This document shows positions 1 through 9,766 of a stretch of 64,000 bases of DNA, piece after piece. The notes under the pieces are model-generated. The model was given only the letters and a program-made list of their open reading frames with translations. It did no database searches and had not been told where the DNA came from. The stretch comes from Thermodesulfovibrionia bacterium (lineage in GTDB: Bacteria > Nitrospirota > Thermodesulfovibrionia > Thermodesulfovibrionales > SM23-35). Made by a program: the position numbers and the translations under genes. Location of the stretch: the NCBI GenBank assembly GCA_041500225.1, contig JBGQLV010000001.1, forward strand, positions 10,841-74,840. Direction: 5' to 3'. The first letter of the stretch is position 1. Every line of letters begins with the position of its first letter.

Positions 1-2
1 AG

Positions 3-1253
3 ATCGAGAAGACGATCATGGCGGTATTAGGTGCGCGTACGGCGAGGATAAGGTCAGTGGTTGAGACCTGTATCCATTGCGGATTGTGCTCAAAGGCCTG
101 CCAGTGGTATCTTTCCAATGATGGAGACCCGACCTATGCGCCTGTTGCTAAGATTCGGATGACAATATGGGAGATGCTGAAGAGAAAAGGGAAGGTTGAC
201 GCCGAATTTATAAAACAGTGTGCGCGAATAGTTTTTACTGAGTGCAACATTTGTCATCGCTGCAGCATGTACTGCCCATACGGTCTGGATATAACATTTA
301 TCATAGGTCTGGTACGCAGAGTATGTTTTGTTCTTGGGGTGGTTCCGCAGCGTATGATGGATCAGGACCACTCCCATGCCACGTCACTGAACCAGGTATG
401 GTTTGCACAGAACGACTGGATAGATACGATGCAGTGGCAGGAAGAGGAAGTAGGTGCTGAGGTCAAGGATTTACAGATTCCTATAGATAAAGAGGGAGCG
501 GAGGTTATGTGGCTGCCTCTGGGCGCCGAGCCCAAGACAAATACGTATCATATAGAGCGGACAGCGAAGATCATGATGGCCGCGGGGATAAACTGGACGG
601 TGCCCGGGAAAGACGTGTGGGACAGCAGCAACATGCCGATGTTTTTACGTGATTTTGCGACAATGCAGCGGATAGTACGGGGGCTGTATGATAACGCGGC
701 CCGATTGCGAATAAAAAAGTTAGTATTAACCGAGTGAGGGCATCCACGTTTTGCCACAAGTTTTGTGGCACCACCGATGATGGGATGGAAAGACCTGCCG
801 TTTGAAGTGATGCAGACGGGAGAATTCTATGTTGATCTTTTGAAGACCGGGAAGATAAAGATAGCGAGGAAGATAAAAGAGCATGTCACACTCCAGGACC
901 CATGTAACATAATAAGAAGGGCAGGGGCGGCTGAGAAATACAGATACTTCGTCAATGCAACGTGTGAGAATTTCACGGAGATGTATCCAAATCGGGAGCA
1001 CAATTACTGCTGTAATGCAGGAGGCGGTCTGGCATCATTATCAAATTGGGCTGCGCATAAGGCGAAGGGCAACAGGGTAAAGGCCGAGCAGATTAAGGCG
1101 ACGGGTGCAAAGTTGATTATTACCCCCTGCCATAATTGCAGCACTGGAATTAAGGATGTCATCAAATATTGGAATCTTGGTATAAAAAACATCTTTTTTG
1201 ACGAAATACTGCTTGCAACAATGGAAATTCCTGAGGGAATGAAAGCAACATAA
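3..1253 (+). CDS. HdrD/HmcF/DsrK-like cytoplasmic Fe-S oxidoreductase (two [4Fe-4S] ferredoxin motifs + CCG domain), read through in-frame UGA 735-737 as selenocysteine; 5' end may lie outside the window
   Basis: ORF-track entries 18..737 and 765..1253 are in the same frame and separated by a single TGA. N-part has CIHCGLCSKAC and CNICHRCSMYCP. C-part has NYCCNAGGG and ITPCHNC (CCG-domain signature). The frame stays open back to nt 3. Confidence 0.65.
752..770 (+). promoter_or_regulatory. Putative bacterial SECIS hairpin for UGA 735-737
   Basis: Perfect 8-bp stem TGCCACAA(752-759)/TTGTGGCA(763-770) with apical loop GTT, starting 15 nt after the UGA. Confidence 0.55.
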
Positions 1254-1279
1254 GAAGAAAGCGGGAAGGGATAGAGATT

Positions 1280-2965
1280 ATGAATAAAAAGTTGATATAT
1301 TTAATTTTAGGTGTAGTTTATCTCGTCATTATTATTTATGGGTTAAATGCCGTTTACAATGTGGAAGCTACATTGCGTCCTAAAGAGGCCCCCGCTGTCA
1401 AACCTGAAAATAAGATTGCCATTGCTCATACGGAAATCTTTGGTAAACTGGAACGTCCACAGGTAATCTTTTATCACAATAAACATTCCGAGGCTTTAAA
1501 ACAGGAGGGTTGTAAAACATGTCACCCTGTTGATGAATTAGATAGGATGGGTTTTGATTTTCCCAAAAAAGTCTCGAAAAAAGATAAAACATCAGTTATG
1601 AAAGCCTATCACGATCAGTGTATCGATTGCCATAAAAAGAGAAGCAGTGAAAATAAGAAGACAGGTCCTGTAGTTTGTGCAGATTGCCATAAGGAGAAAG
1701 GTAAATCTATAGTGGTGAAATACCCGATTTTTGAATTTGATTTTTACTATCATGATAAGCATGTGAAGAAACTGAAAGAGAAGATCGGCAAGGATGATTG
1801 CAGCCTTTGTCATCACACATACGATATAGAAGAAGAGGATGAAGCATTAGCATTAGTATATGAAAAAGGGACTGAGGAGTCTTGTTACTATTGTCACGAA
1901 CTTGGGAAGAAAAGAGGGCCAGAATTAACAGCCATAACACGTGTTGCTGCCAAAAAAGGGCTTTCAATAAGAAAGGCTTCTCATCAGCAGTGTCTTAACT
2001 GTCATTTAAAGTATCAAGAGGAATATCTAAAGAAGGGCGAGAAGGAAGCATGTCCGACTGAATGCTCAAAATGCCATACCGGAAAGTATAAAACGGTTGC
2101 TGAACTCGAAAAAGTTCCCCGACCCGCTCGCGATCAGAAAGAAAAACCTTTCATAAATATTAAAGATGCCAAACTGAAAGGAGTCACCTTTGACCACAAG
2201 TATCATGAAACAGCTTCTAAGACCTGCCGCTCATGTCACCATGAAACCTTAAAGGCATGTAAGGAATGCCACGATCTGGTAGGTAAGCCTGAAGGAAATG
2301 AAGTAAACGTTGCGAGAGCATACCATGATGTGTTTTCCGGGCATAGCTGTGAAGGTTGTCATAATAAAAAGAAATTGGGAAAAGATTGTGTTGGATGCCA
2401 CAGTAACATACCAGTAATAGATGTAGAGTCAGTTGGTCCGAAGCGGGAGACCTGTGCTATATGCCATAGTGGTGAAATAAAGGGTCCTCTTTCACGTCCA
2501 CCTCTCTCAGTTGCCAAACTCGATCCTGAAAAAGTCAAGAAAGAGGTGACAGTGAAAGTTCTCGAAAGGGAATTTGAACCATCAAAGTTCCCTCATCTTA
2601 AAATTATAGAGAAGTTAGTAAAGATTTCCAACGACAGTAAACTGGCAAATTATTTCCATAAGGATATGCAGACCCTTTGTAAAGGCTGCCATCATCGAAG
2701 TCTTGCTGAGGCTGAAGTGAAGAAGGACACTCCTCCAAACTGCAGAAACTGCCATACTCTTACATTTGATCCGCAGAACCTGAATAAAACAAAGTTACTG
2801 TCAGCCTATCATCGTCAATGCTTAGGTTGCCACAAAAAGATGGAACTCGAAAAAGGCAGGAAATGCTTTGACTGTCATAAAGAGAAAAAGGATCGACCGA
2901 AATCTATAACAAGTGTTAAAAATTTCGAAGCGGATGTACGTTTGCTTGAAAAGCTAGGCTATTGA
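1280..2965 (+). CDS. 16-haem c-type cytochrome (HmcA-like high-molecular-weight cytochrome) with N-terminal hydrophobic signal/anchor
   Basis: 16 CxxCH motifs counted in the translation (CKTCH, CIDCH, CADCH, CSLCH, CYYCH, CLNCH, CSKCH, CRSCH, CKECH, CEGCH, CVGCH, CAICH, CKGCH, CRNCH, CLGCH, CFDCH). N-terminal helix LIYLILGVVYLVIIIYGL. RBS-like GGGAAGGGATAGAG upstream. Confidence 0.9.
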   Translation: MNKKLIYLILGVVYLVIIIYGLNAVYNVEATLRPKEAPAVKPENKIAIAHTEIFGKLERPQVIFYHNKHSEALKQEGCKTCHPVDELDRMGFDFPKKVSKKDKTSVMKAYHDQCIDCHKKRSSENKKTGPVVCADCHKEKGKSIVVKYPIFEFDFYYHDKHVKKLKEKIGKDDCSLCHHTYDIEEEDEALALVYEKGTEESCYYCHELGKKRGPELTAITRVAAKKGLSIRKASHQQCLNCHLKYQEEYLKKGEKEACPTECSKCHTGKYKTVAELEKVPRPARDQKEKPFINIKDAKLKGVTFDHKYHETASKTCRSCHHETLKACKECHDLVGKPEGNEVNVARAYHDVFSGHSCEGCHNKKKLGKDCVGCHSNIPVIDVESVGPKRETCAICHSGEIKGPLSRPPLSVAKLDPEKVKKEVTVKVLEREFEPSKFPHLKIIEKLVKISNDSKLANYFHKDMQTLCKGCHHRSLAEAEVKKDTPPNCRNCHTLTFDPQNLNKTKLLSAYHRQCLGCHKKMELEKGRKCFDCHKEKKDRPKSITSVKNFEADVRLLEKLGY

Positions 2966-3095
2966 CGGAGTATCAATAACGAGTGTTAAAAATATCGTAG
3001 AGGAGAAATAACTGCACATTATCTTGAAACGAGCAGGCGTACGTAGGAGTCAAAGAGATTTGGAAAAAATCTTTTTAAAAGAGGGGTTGTAAGGT

Positions 3096-3995
3096 ATGGA
3101 TAGAAGGACATTTCTGAAAATGATAGGAGCAGGGTTGGCAACAGTTGCCGGTGGGAATCTCTTGACACCTTGTGCAGCGAAAGCTGAGGAAGGTGTTGGT
3201 GGTATGGAATTTCATGGTAATCTCATTGACACAACCCGGTGCATAGGCTGTCGTCGCTGTGAGAAAGCATGCGCTGAGGTAAATAACTTGCCCATACCTG
3301 ATATATCTGAGAATGCTAATGAGTCAATTTTGAAAAAGGTACGGAAAACAACGGCTACACAGTATACAACTATTAATCGCTATGAAACTGGAAAAGGAAC
3401 AATATTTGTACCGTGGCGATGTATGCACTGCAATCAACCCGCCTGCCATTCGGCATGCCTGGTGTATGCAATGGAAAAACAACCGTCAGGTCATGTTACG
3501 TGGGATAAAAATTGTATGGGTTGCAGGTTATGCATGATATCCTGTCCTTTCGACATCCCCAAGTTTGAATACAAGAGTTCAATTCCCAGGGTCCAGAAAT
3601 GTAACCTCTGCTATGGGAGGTTTAAGAAGGGATTAGTGCCTGCCTGTGTTGAAGCCTGCCCAACAGGAGCACTGATGTTTGGCACAAGGAGGAATCTCCT
3701 TGAAGAGGCGAAAAGGCGGATTTCTCAAAATCCTGACAATTATTTCCATCATGTTTATGGTGAGTATGAGGCAGGTGGCACATCACACCTTTATTTAGCA
3801 GCAGTGCCATTTGAACAATTAGGCTTACGCACAGATATAGGGATAAAGCCATACCCGGAGTATAGTTTAGTTTATCTCAGCGCCATCCCTTTTATTGCTA
3901 CAATAACTCCCATAGCTATGCTCGCTATTAACGCAGCAACCAGGAAGGGGAAAGAGAAGCACGAAGAGAAACATGAAGAAAAAGAGAAACATTGA
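3096..3995 (+). CDS. Tat-exported 4Fe-4S ferredoxin-type subunit (HmcB/NrfC/PsrB-like) with C-terminal TM anchor and EKHE-rich tail
   Basis: Twin-arginine signal MDRRTFLKMIGAGLA. Multiple CxxCxxCxxxC(P) clusters (CIGCRRCEKAC, CMHCNQPAC, CMGCRLCMISCP, CNLC...CVEACP). Hydrophobic stretch near the C-terminus. Confidence 0.85.
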   Translation: MDRRTFLKMIGAGLATVAGGNLLTPCAAKAEEGVGGMEFHGNLIDTTRCIGCRRCEKACAEVNNLPIPDISENANESILKKVRKTTATQYTTINRYETGKGTIFVPWRCMHCNQPACHSACLVYAMEKQPSGHVTWDKNCMGCRLCMISCPFDIPKFEYKSSIPRVQKCNLCYGRFKKGLVPACVEACPTGALMFGTRRNLLEEAKRRISQNPDNYFHHVYGEYEAGGTSHLYLAAVPFEQLGLRTDIGIKPYPEYSLVYLSAIPFIATITPIAMLAINAATRKGKEKHEEKHEEKEKH

Positions 3996-4022
3996 GATAA
4001 AGCGAAAGGGAAAGGATCCACT

Positions 4023-5306
4023 ATGGAAAAACTTGAAACAGTAGAAATTGGTAAAGAAAAAAAAGAAGGGCCGCAGATAAAGAATCCTGGTGATTTTTGG
4101 AGATTCTTTAAAAGTGAATTAAAACCGAAAGGGAAGCCCTACACGCTATTTAATATTATCTCTGCACCTGTAATGGTCATCGGTCTAATACTTATTATAT
4201 ATCGTTTCGTAGTGGGGCTCGGCGCTCCCGTTACAAACCTTAATCAGTCATTTCCCTGGGGCATATGGATCGGTTTTGATGTCATATGTGGCGTTGCTTT
4301 TGCAGCGGGAGGATATGTTCTTGCTTTCATGGTCTATATCCTTGGACTGGAAAAATACCGTCCCATTTTGAGGGTAACAGTCCTGAATGCCTTCCTTTCC
4401 TACGTCTTCTATGCCGGAGCGATTGCCCTCGATCTCGGACGCTGGTGGAACATGCCAAATGCGTTTCTTGGAAATAGATTTGGCGTGAGTTCCGTCATGT
4501 TCATTGTTGCATGGCACTTCATGCTCTATATGTTGACATTGGCCCTTGAAGTTTCTCCAGCAGTTGCAGAATGGCTCAATCTGAAAAAAGCTCGGAAAAT
4601 ACTCGGCTCTCTTACCCTGGGAGCAGTAGTATTTGGTGTAATGCTTTCCATTCACCACCAGGCAGGCTTAGGAGCCTTATTTACAATGGCGAAAGCGAAG
4701 ATCCACCCCTTATGGTACTCAGAGTTTCTTCCTATAACGTTCTTTATCTCGAGCATTTATGCAGGACTTTCAATGGTAATACTCGAAGGGACGATAAGCC
4801 ATAAGGTTTTTACCCATCCCCATCAGCTTGGTGAGAATCATCATAATAATCATGAATCCGATGACGATATACTTGTAGGGTTGTCTCGAGTTTGTGCAGG
4901 TGTGATATTTGCCTATATTATGTTAACTATTACGCTTGCGCAGTACGAAGGAGATTTGCATTTGATAAATACCACTATGGGTTCCTGGTGGCTTACAGAG
5001 GTAGTGGGGTTTGTAATAATCCCGGGCTTTATGTTTATTCATGGTGCACAGTGCAGGAACACTTCAACTATCCGTGTAGCGGCTATTATAGCGATCGTAG
5101 GGATTATATTGAATAGGTTCAATTGCGTCTTTATTGCATATAACTGGTATCTGCCTTTTAGTGAAAAATATCTTCCTTCTGTTATAGAAGTTTTAGCAAC
5201 TCTTACGATAATATTTATCGAGATATGGACGCTCAGATGGATTATTAACAGGATGCCTATATTAAGGGAAGCTCCTGAATGGGTGAAAGAACTTAAAGAA
5301 CACTAA
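4023..5306 (+). CDS. NrfD/PsrC/HmcC-like polytopic membrane quinone-interacting subunit
   Basis: About 8-10 hydrophobic helices. Sits immediately after the Tat Fe-S subunit, the canonical NrfCD-type module order. Confidence 0.75.
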   Translation: MEKLETVEIGKEKKEGPQIKNPGDFWRFFKSELKPKGKPYTLFNIISAPVMVIGLILIIYRFVVGLGAPVTNLNQSFPWGIWIGFDVICGVAFAAGGYVLAFMVYILGLEKYRPILRVTVLNAFLSYVFYAGAIALDLGRWWNMPNAFLGNRFGVSSVMFIVAWHFMLYMLTLALEVSPAVAEWLNLKKARKILGSLTLGAVVFGVMLSIHHQAGLGALFTMAKAKIHPLWYSEFLPITFFISSIYAGLSMVILEGTISHKVFTHPHQLGENHHNNHESDDDILVGLSRVCAGVIFAYIMLTITLAQYEGDLHLINTTMGSWWLTEVVGFVIIPGFMFIHGAQCRNTSTIRVAAIIAIVGIILNRFNCVFIAYNWYLPFSEKYLPSVIEVLATLTIIFIEIWTLRWIINRMPILREAPEWVKELKEH

Positions 5307-5331
5307 AAGAAAGAAATAAAGGAGGTCAAAA

Positions 5332-5451
5332 ATGGAAGGCATCTTCACACATTTTGACATATTTGCAAATAAGGGTACTGAATATATATTAGTAGTTTTA
5401 TCTTTAGTAATAGTAATTGTATTCTGGAGATTTTTGTGGTTTCGCCAGTAG
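5332..5451 (+). CDS. Small (39 aa) single-TM protein, not in the ORF track
   Basis: ATG 5332 preceded by AAGGAGG (5319-5325). Translation MEGIFTHFDIFANKGTEYILVVLSLVIVIVFWRFLWFRQ has one hydrophobic helix. Follows the NrfD-like gene by 25 nt. Confidence 0.4.
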   Translation: MEGIFTHFDIFANKGTEYILVVLSLVIVIVFWRFLWFRQ

Positions 5452-5758
5452 TTGAAGCGTTTCTATGAGCTAATTGTGTTCTGGAAGTTTTTGTTAATGC
5501 GCTCCTATTGAATAACTGCTAAAAACCGTCGAAGTAATTTTACAGGAACTCTATGGCTGAAACGACCGCCCATCCTTGCACCTGGAATTGTACCTGCGAC
5601 AACTGAAACAGTAAGGATATAAGGGACTTAAGGGACTTGAAATGTCACTATCTTTCATTAAGATGTGTAATATTTATTATAATAAAAAATGACAAGTTGA
5701 AACATCTAATTATAAGCATTTTGGATAAAAAATAGGAGATTTATTGCGGAGGAATTAT

Positions 5759-6238
5759 TTATTGATTGTGTTTTGATTTTGATTCAGTTTTTCTTACGTT
5801 TTTAACGCTTGATAGATAAATAACACATTCTTCGCATAAATTTCCTTTACCGCCTGATTTACGGCTGCATATCATCCGGTTCAACTCCCAGCATGGTTTT
5901 ACTCTGTCTATATAGGCAAGACATTTATTTTTTCGCTCTTCAGGGCAGGAAGTTATTTCCCAGCATGGAGCGTAATTGAGGAGCTTTTTGATTCCTTCAA
6001 TACTGATTTTCTTATCGTGGATTAACTCTCTTAAACAGTGGAGCCATATAATATCATTTTCTGAATAGAATCTGTTTTTATTCTTACGCGCAGGCTTTAT
6101 CAAGCCATGTTTTTCATACAGGCGCAACGTCTGGTTTGTAGTACCCATCAATTCTGCCACAATACCTATGGTATAAAGCGGCATATCCTTTTTCTCTTTT
6201 TCTCCAATAATTTCTAATCTTTTTCCCATTTTTGACAT
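5759..6238 (-). CDS. MerR-family transcriptional regulator with Cys-rich C-terminal domain (duplicated CWE motif)
   Basis: N-terminal MerR HTH (YTIGIVAELMGTTNQTLRLYEKHGLIKPAR). C-terminus is APCWEITSCPEERKNKC...KPCWELNRMIC...CEECV. Confidence 0.8.
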   Translation of the reverse strand: MSKMGKRLEIIGEKEKKDMPLYTIGIVAELMGTTNQTLRLYEKHGLIKPARKNKNRFYSENDIIWLHCLRELIHDKKISIEGIKKLLNYAPCWEITSCPEERKNKCLAYIDRVKPCWELNRMICSRKSGGKGNLCEECVIYLSSVKNVRKTESKSKHNQ

Positions 6239-6317
6239 AAAGTTATCCTTCCAAGATATATTTATATTTTATATTAAAATATTTTTGAATGAAAATATCA
6301 ACTATGATCTTTTATCA

Positions 6318-8420
6318 TTACTGTTCGCTTAAAAAAGACTCATATGAAGATGTCTTTCCGCCGTGATGTGGAACTTTAATAACATCGCTTTTCAGCCAGC
6401 TTCTGAGATTCAAAATGTCCTTCTCTGCCTCTTCCTCAACATCTCCTGTGAACAGGAATGATTTACTATTGCCTTTAAGCTTTAATAATAGTGAGTCATT
6501 GTTAGCTGCAACATATTCATCTCCGTACATTGTATAAAACTCAGGATATGGATGGAGTATATAAATACTGTATCCTCTTCCTTCAATAATATCACCCCTA
6601 TTAAGTGTTTTGCGGTTTATGTTAGAAGTAAAGTTGTCAGGGAAAATAATCCGCCCATTGTCCCAGAGTTCTTTAACTTTAAACCTCTTTAATATATAAT
6701 CCAATCCCCCGGTGTGGTCAGGGTGGATATGTGAAAGGATAAGGGCATCAACAGTCTTTTTGCCTCTGTATTTAAGGAATGAAGCGGTTTCCCTGCCGGT
6801 TCTACCTGTATCTATTACCATGGTCTTTCCATCAGGAAGCTCAATAACGGACGAATCTCCCTGGCCGACATCAAGATAGGTAATATTGAGTTCATTTCGT
6901 TCGAAAAAGGACATGGACAGATAAATTATTATAGGAACAAATGGGATTATCAGAGCATATCTTCTCTTATTTAATAGGAAGTAAAAGATAAATCCTGTAT
7001 AGAAAAGCAGGACTACAATCGGTGGAAATGCCGGTATCTTTATATCGGCAAAAGGGATATGAGAGAATATTTTCACTAACAAGAGGCTTACATCAGAAAT
7101 TGCTGATACTATTGGAGTAAACATATAATGCCCTGTAATAAGAAATAAAAAAGATGAGAAAACTGATAGAGGTATGAGAACAAAGCCTATAAGTGGGGCT
7201 ATGAAGAGATTGGATATGGGAGATATTACCGAATAATAATGGAAATGATATGCTACAAGCGGTGCTGTGCCAATTGATGCTGAAAGGGTGAGCAATACGG
7301 CATTCTTAATATACCTGACAATCTTCTTGTCTTCTTTTTTCTCATTATCCCTTTTTTCATCCTCCTTATTCTCGATGGAAAACCCGATAAACAGTACTGC
7401 AAGAAATGATAGCTGAAATGAGAGACTAAAGATAACCTCTGGTTCCCAGACAGTTATAATAAATGCTGCAAAGAAGAGAGAGTTAAGCCAGAAGCCCTTC
7501 CTGTTAATGATAAGTCCTGATAGGAAAAGGCTTATCATAATAAATGACCTCACCGCTGGAATACTGGCACCTGAAAGTCCGAGATATGCGAGCATGAAAG
7601 GAAAGCAGAGTATGGCAGCAGCCTGTGAAGGTGTTAGAAAGATTGTTATCCTCTGTAGAATTCTGTATGGGAGTGCCTTTATTAAAAAGCTGAACATCCC
7701 GAATAAAAGCATAGAGAAAAGGCCAAAGTGAGTGCCTGAAATACTTAGAATATGCGCAAGCCCGGTGACATTAAATGAGTCCCTCAATTCTTCATCCATA
7801 TTTGCCCTCTGGCCGGTTGTTATGGATGCGATAAAGGCTCCGGAATCCTTCTTAAAATTTTCTTCTATATACCTATTGAGCTTATACCTGTACTCCTGAA
7901 TCTTTGAACTAAGGGATATTCTTCTATTTCCTGAATTATATATATCTGTAAGATTTGCATATAGGTTATCTCTACTTTGTTCTCCGGGGTTAAGTCTTTT
8001 TCTACTTTTCAGAAATTTTATAGCGAGTTTGAATTCTGTCCCGGGATTAAACTCTCTATCTGAAAATAGTACAACTTCTTGCCCTGTGAGTTCATTTACC
8101 TCCACCCCGGTCTTTATATCCACAGCAGATTTTATATTTAAGTCCTGCGTGAACATACCACTCTCGGTCTTGGTCGGGGGATATTCAAAGATGCCTTTTA
8201 CTGCAAACCCTTTACCGCAAATATCGGGGATATCCTTCACTGGTTCGTATCTGATAAACGCAAAGGCAATTCCTGAGATAATGATGAGTATGAGGAGAAG
8301 CCGTTTCTTAACTAATAAATATATAGAAGACAATACGGAAATAAAAACGGTAGAAAAAGGAAAATATTGGAATGAATAAAAAAGGACTATGCCTGTGAGA
8401 AATGAGATAAAGAATTGCAT
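6318..8420 (-). CDS. comEC: ComEC/Rec2 DNA internalisation-related competence protein (polytopic membrane domain + metallo-beta-lactamase domain)
   Basis: Many TM helices. C-terminal MBL motif LSHIHPDHTGG and VPHHG. Its start overlaps the glmM stop by 1 nt. Confidence 0.8.
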   Translation of the reverse strand: MQFFISFLTGIVLFYSFQYFPFSTVFISVLSSIYLLVKKRLLLILIIISGIAFAFIRYEPVKDIPDICGKGFAVKGIFEYPPTKTESGMFTQDLNIKSAVDIKTGVEVNELTGQEVVLFSDREFNPGTEFKLAIKFLKSRKRLNPGEQSRDNLYANLTDIYNSGNRRISLSSKIQEYRYKLNRYIEENFKKDSGAFIASITTGQRANMDEELRDSFNVTGLAHILSISGTHFGLFSMLLFGMFSFLIKALPYRILQRITIFLTPSQAAAILCFPFMLAYLGLSGASIPAVRSFIMISLFLSGLIINRKGFWLNSLFFAAFIITVWEPEVIFSLSFQLSFLAVLFIGFSIENKEDEKRDNEKKEDKKIVRYIKNAVLLTLSASIGTAPLVAYHFHYYSVISPISNLFIAPLIGFVLIPLSVFSSFLFLITGHYMFTPIVSAISDVSLLLVKIFSHIPFADIKIPAFPPIVVLLFYTGFIFYFLLNKRRYALIIPFVPIIIYLSMSFFERNELNITYLDVGQGDSSVIELPDGKTMVIDTGRTGRETASFLKYRGKKTVDALILSHIHPDHTGGLDYILKRFKVKELWDNGRIIFPDNFTSNINRKTLNRGDIIEGRGYSIYILHPYPEFYTMYGDEYVAANNDSLLLKLKGNSKSFLFTGDVEEEAEKDILNLRSWLKSDVIKVPHHGGKTSSYESFLSEQ

Positions 8421-9766
8421 TAAGTCATCTTTTCTTTGATAACCTTTGAAATATCCTTACAGAGTTTTGTTATGAGCTTCAGGTCTTCACCCTCAAGCAT
8501 TACCCTCATCTTCGGTTCTGTCCCTGAGGGCCTGACGAGTATCCTTCCCCTTCCAGCGAGTCTTTTTTCTGCAGTCTTTATTGCGTTTTCAATCTCAGGT
8601 ATCGTCGTAATATCAAGTTTACTTTCCACTCCGATATTTGTCAGAATCTGCGGATAAAGTTTTATCTTAGATACAAGTTTTGATAAGGCAGAATCATTTT
8701 TTTTCATCAGATAAAGGACCTGGACCGCTGTGAGAGGGCCGTCACCTGTTGTATTATGGTCGAGGAAGACAATATGTCCTGACTGTTCACCTCCGAGGTT
8801 ATATCCGCCGTCAAGCATCCTTTCCACAACATATCTGTCTCCTACCTTTGTCCTGATCAGTTTTATATTATTTATTTCAAGATACTTCTCAAGCCCAAGA
8901 TTGCTCATCACAGTTGATACGACGGTATCCTTTTTAAGCATTTTCTTTCTTTTCATTTCTACTGCACACATAGCCATGACCTTGTCTCCATCAACTGTTC
9001 TGCCCTTCTCATCACAGAAGATTGCTCTGTCTGCATCACCGTCGTGTGCAATACCGATGTCTGCCTTGTGGAGTTTCACACCCTTCTGCAGTCCTTCTAT
9101 ATGTAAAGAGCCGCAACCAGCATTGATATTTATCCCATCAGGCCTGTCATTGATTGAGATCACATCTGCCCCTAATTCACGTAACAGCCATGGCGTTGTC
9201 TTGTATGCAGCGCCATTTGCACAATCAACAACAATCTTCATTCCGTCAAAGGTTATCCCCTTCGGTATTGTAGATTTGATATATTCAATATAACGTCCTG
9301 TTGCATCGTCCAGCCTAAATGCTTTACCTATGTCTGAACCTTTTGGTCTGTTCCTTGAAAGCCCATCATCAAGCACGAGTTCCTCGATCTTCCTTTCCAG
9401 TTCATCGGGAAGCTTGAACCCTTCGGAAGAAAAGAATTTGATACCATTATCTTCAAAAGGATTGTGTGATGCTGATATGACAATGCCTGCATCTAAACGT
9501 AATGTCCTTGTAAGAAATGCAATCCCCGGGGTGGGTAAAGGGCCGACAAGTGTGACATTCATCCCCATCGAGCATATCCCGGAAGTAAGGGCGCTCTCTA
9601 TCATATAGCCTGATAATCTTGTATCTTTGCCTATCAATATCATATTTCTTCCATGTTTTTCCTTGAGGATATGAGCAGCAGCCATGCCTATTCTCAAAAC
9701 CGTTTCAGGCGTCATAGGATGCTTGTTTACAGCGGCTCTTATCCCGTCTGTACCAAAGAGTCTCAT
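8420..9766 (-). CDS. glmM: Phosphoglucosamine mutase
   Basis: GTDGIRA, active-site SASHNPFEDNGIK, HDGDADR, and 448 aa length. Lies downstream of cdaA-cdaR as in the conserved operon. Confidence 0.9.
   Translation of the reverse strand: MRLFGTDGIRAAVNKHPMTPETVLRIGMAAAHILKEKHGRNMILIGKDTRLSGYMIESALTSGICSMGMNVTLVGPLPTPGIAFLTRTLRLDAGIVISASHNPFEDNGIKFFSSEGFKLPDELERKIEELVLDDGLSRNRPKGSDIGKAFRLDDATGRYIEYIKSTIPKGITFDGMKIVVDCANGAAYKTTPWLLRELGADVISINDRPDGININAGCGSLHIEGLQKGVKLHKADIGIAHDGDADRAIFCDEKGRTVDGDKVMAMCAVEMKRKKMLKKDTVVSTVMSNLGLEKYLEINNIKLIRTKVGDRYVVERMLDGGYNLGGEQSGHIVFLDHNTTGDGPLTAVQVLYLMKKNDSALSKLVSKIKLYPQILTNIGVESKLDITTIPEIENAIKTAEKRLAGRGRILVRPSGTEPKMRVMLEGEDLKLITKLCKDISKVIKEKMT

Noticed and set aside
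5553-5606. 17-codon Cys-rich mini-ORF MAETTAHPCTWNCTCDN downstream of the Hmc-like operon
   Set aside because: An intriguing CxxxCxC pattern, but there is no Shine-Dalgarno sequence, no adjacent maturation genes and no second copy. It cannot be supported from sequence alone.
8730-9293. 187-aa plus-strand ORF (and neighbours 8436.., 9330..) inside glmM
   Set aside because: Ser/Pro/Phe-rich antisense translation of a strongly supported glmM gene.
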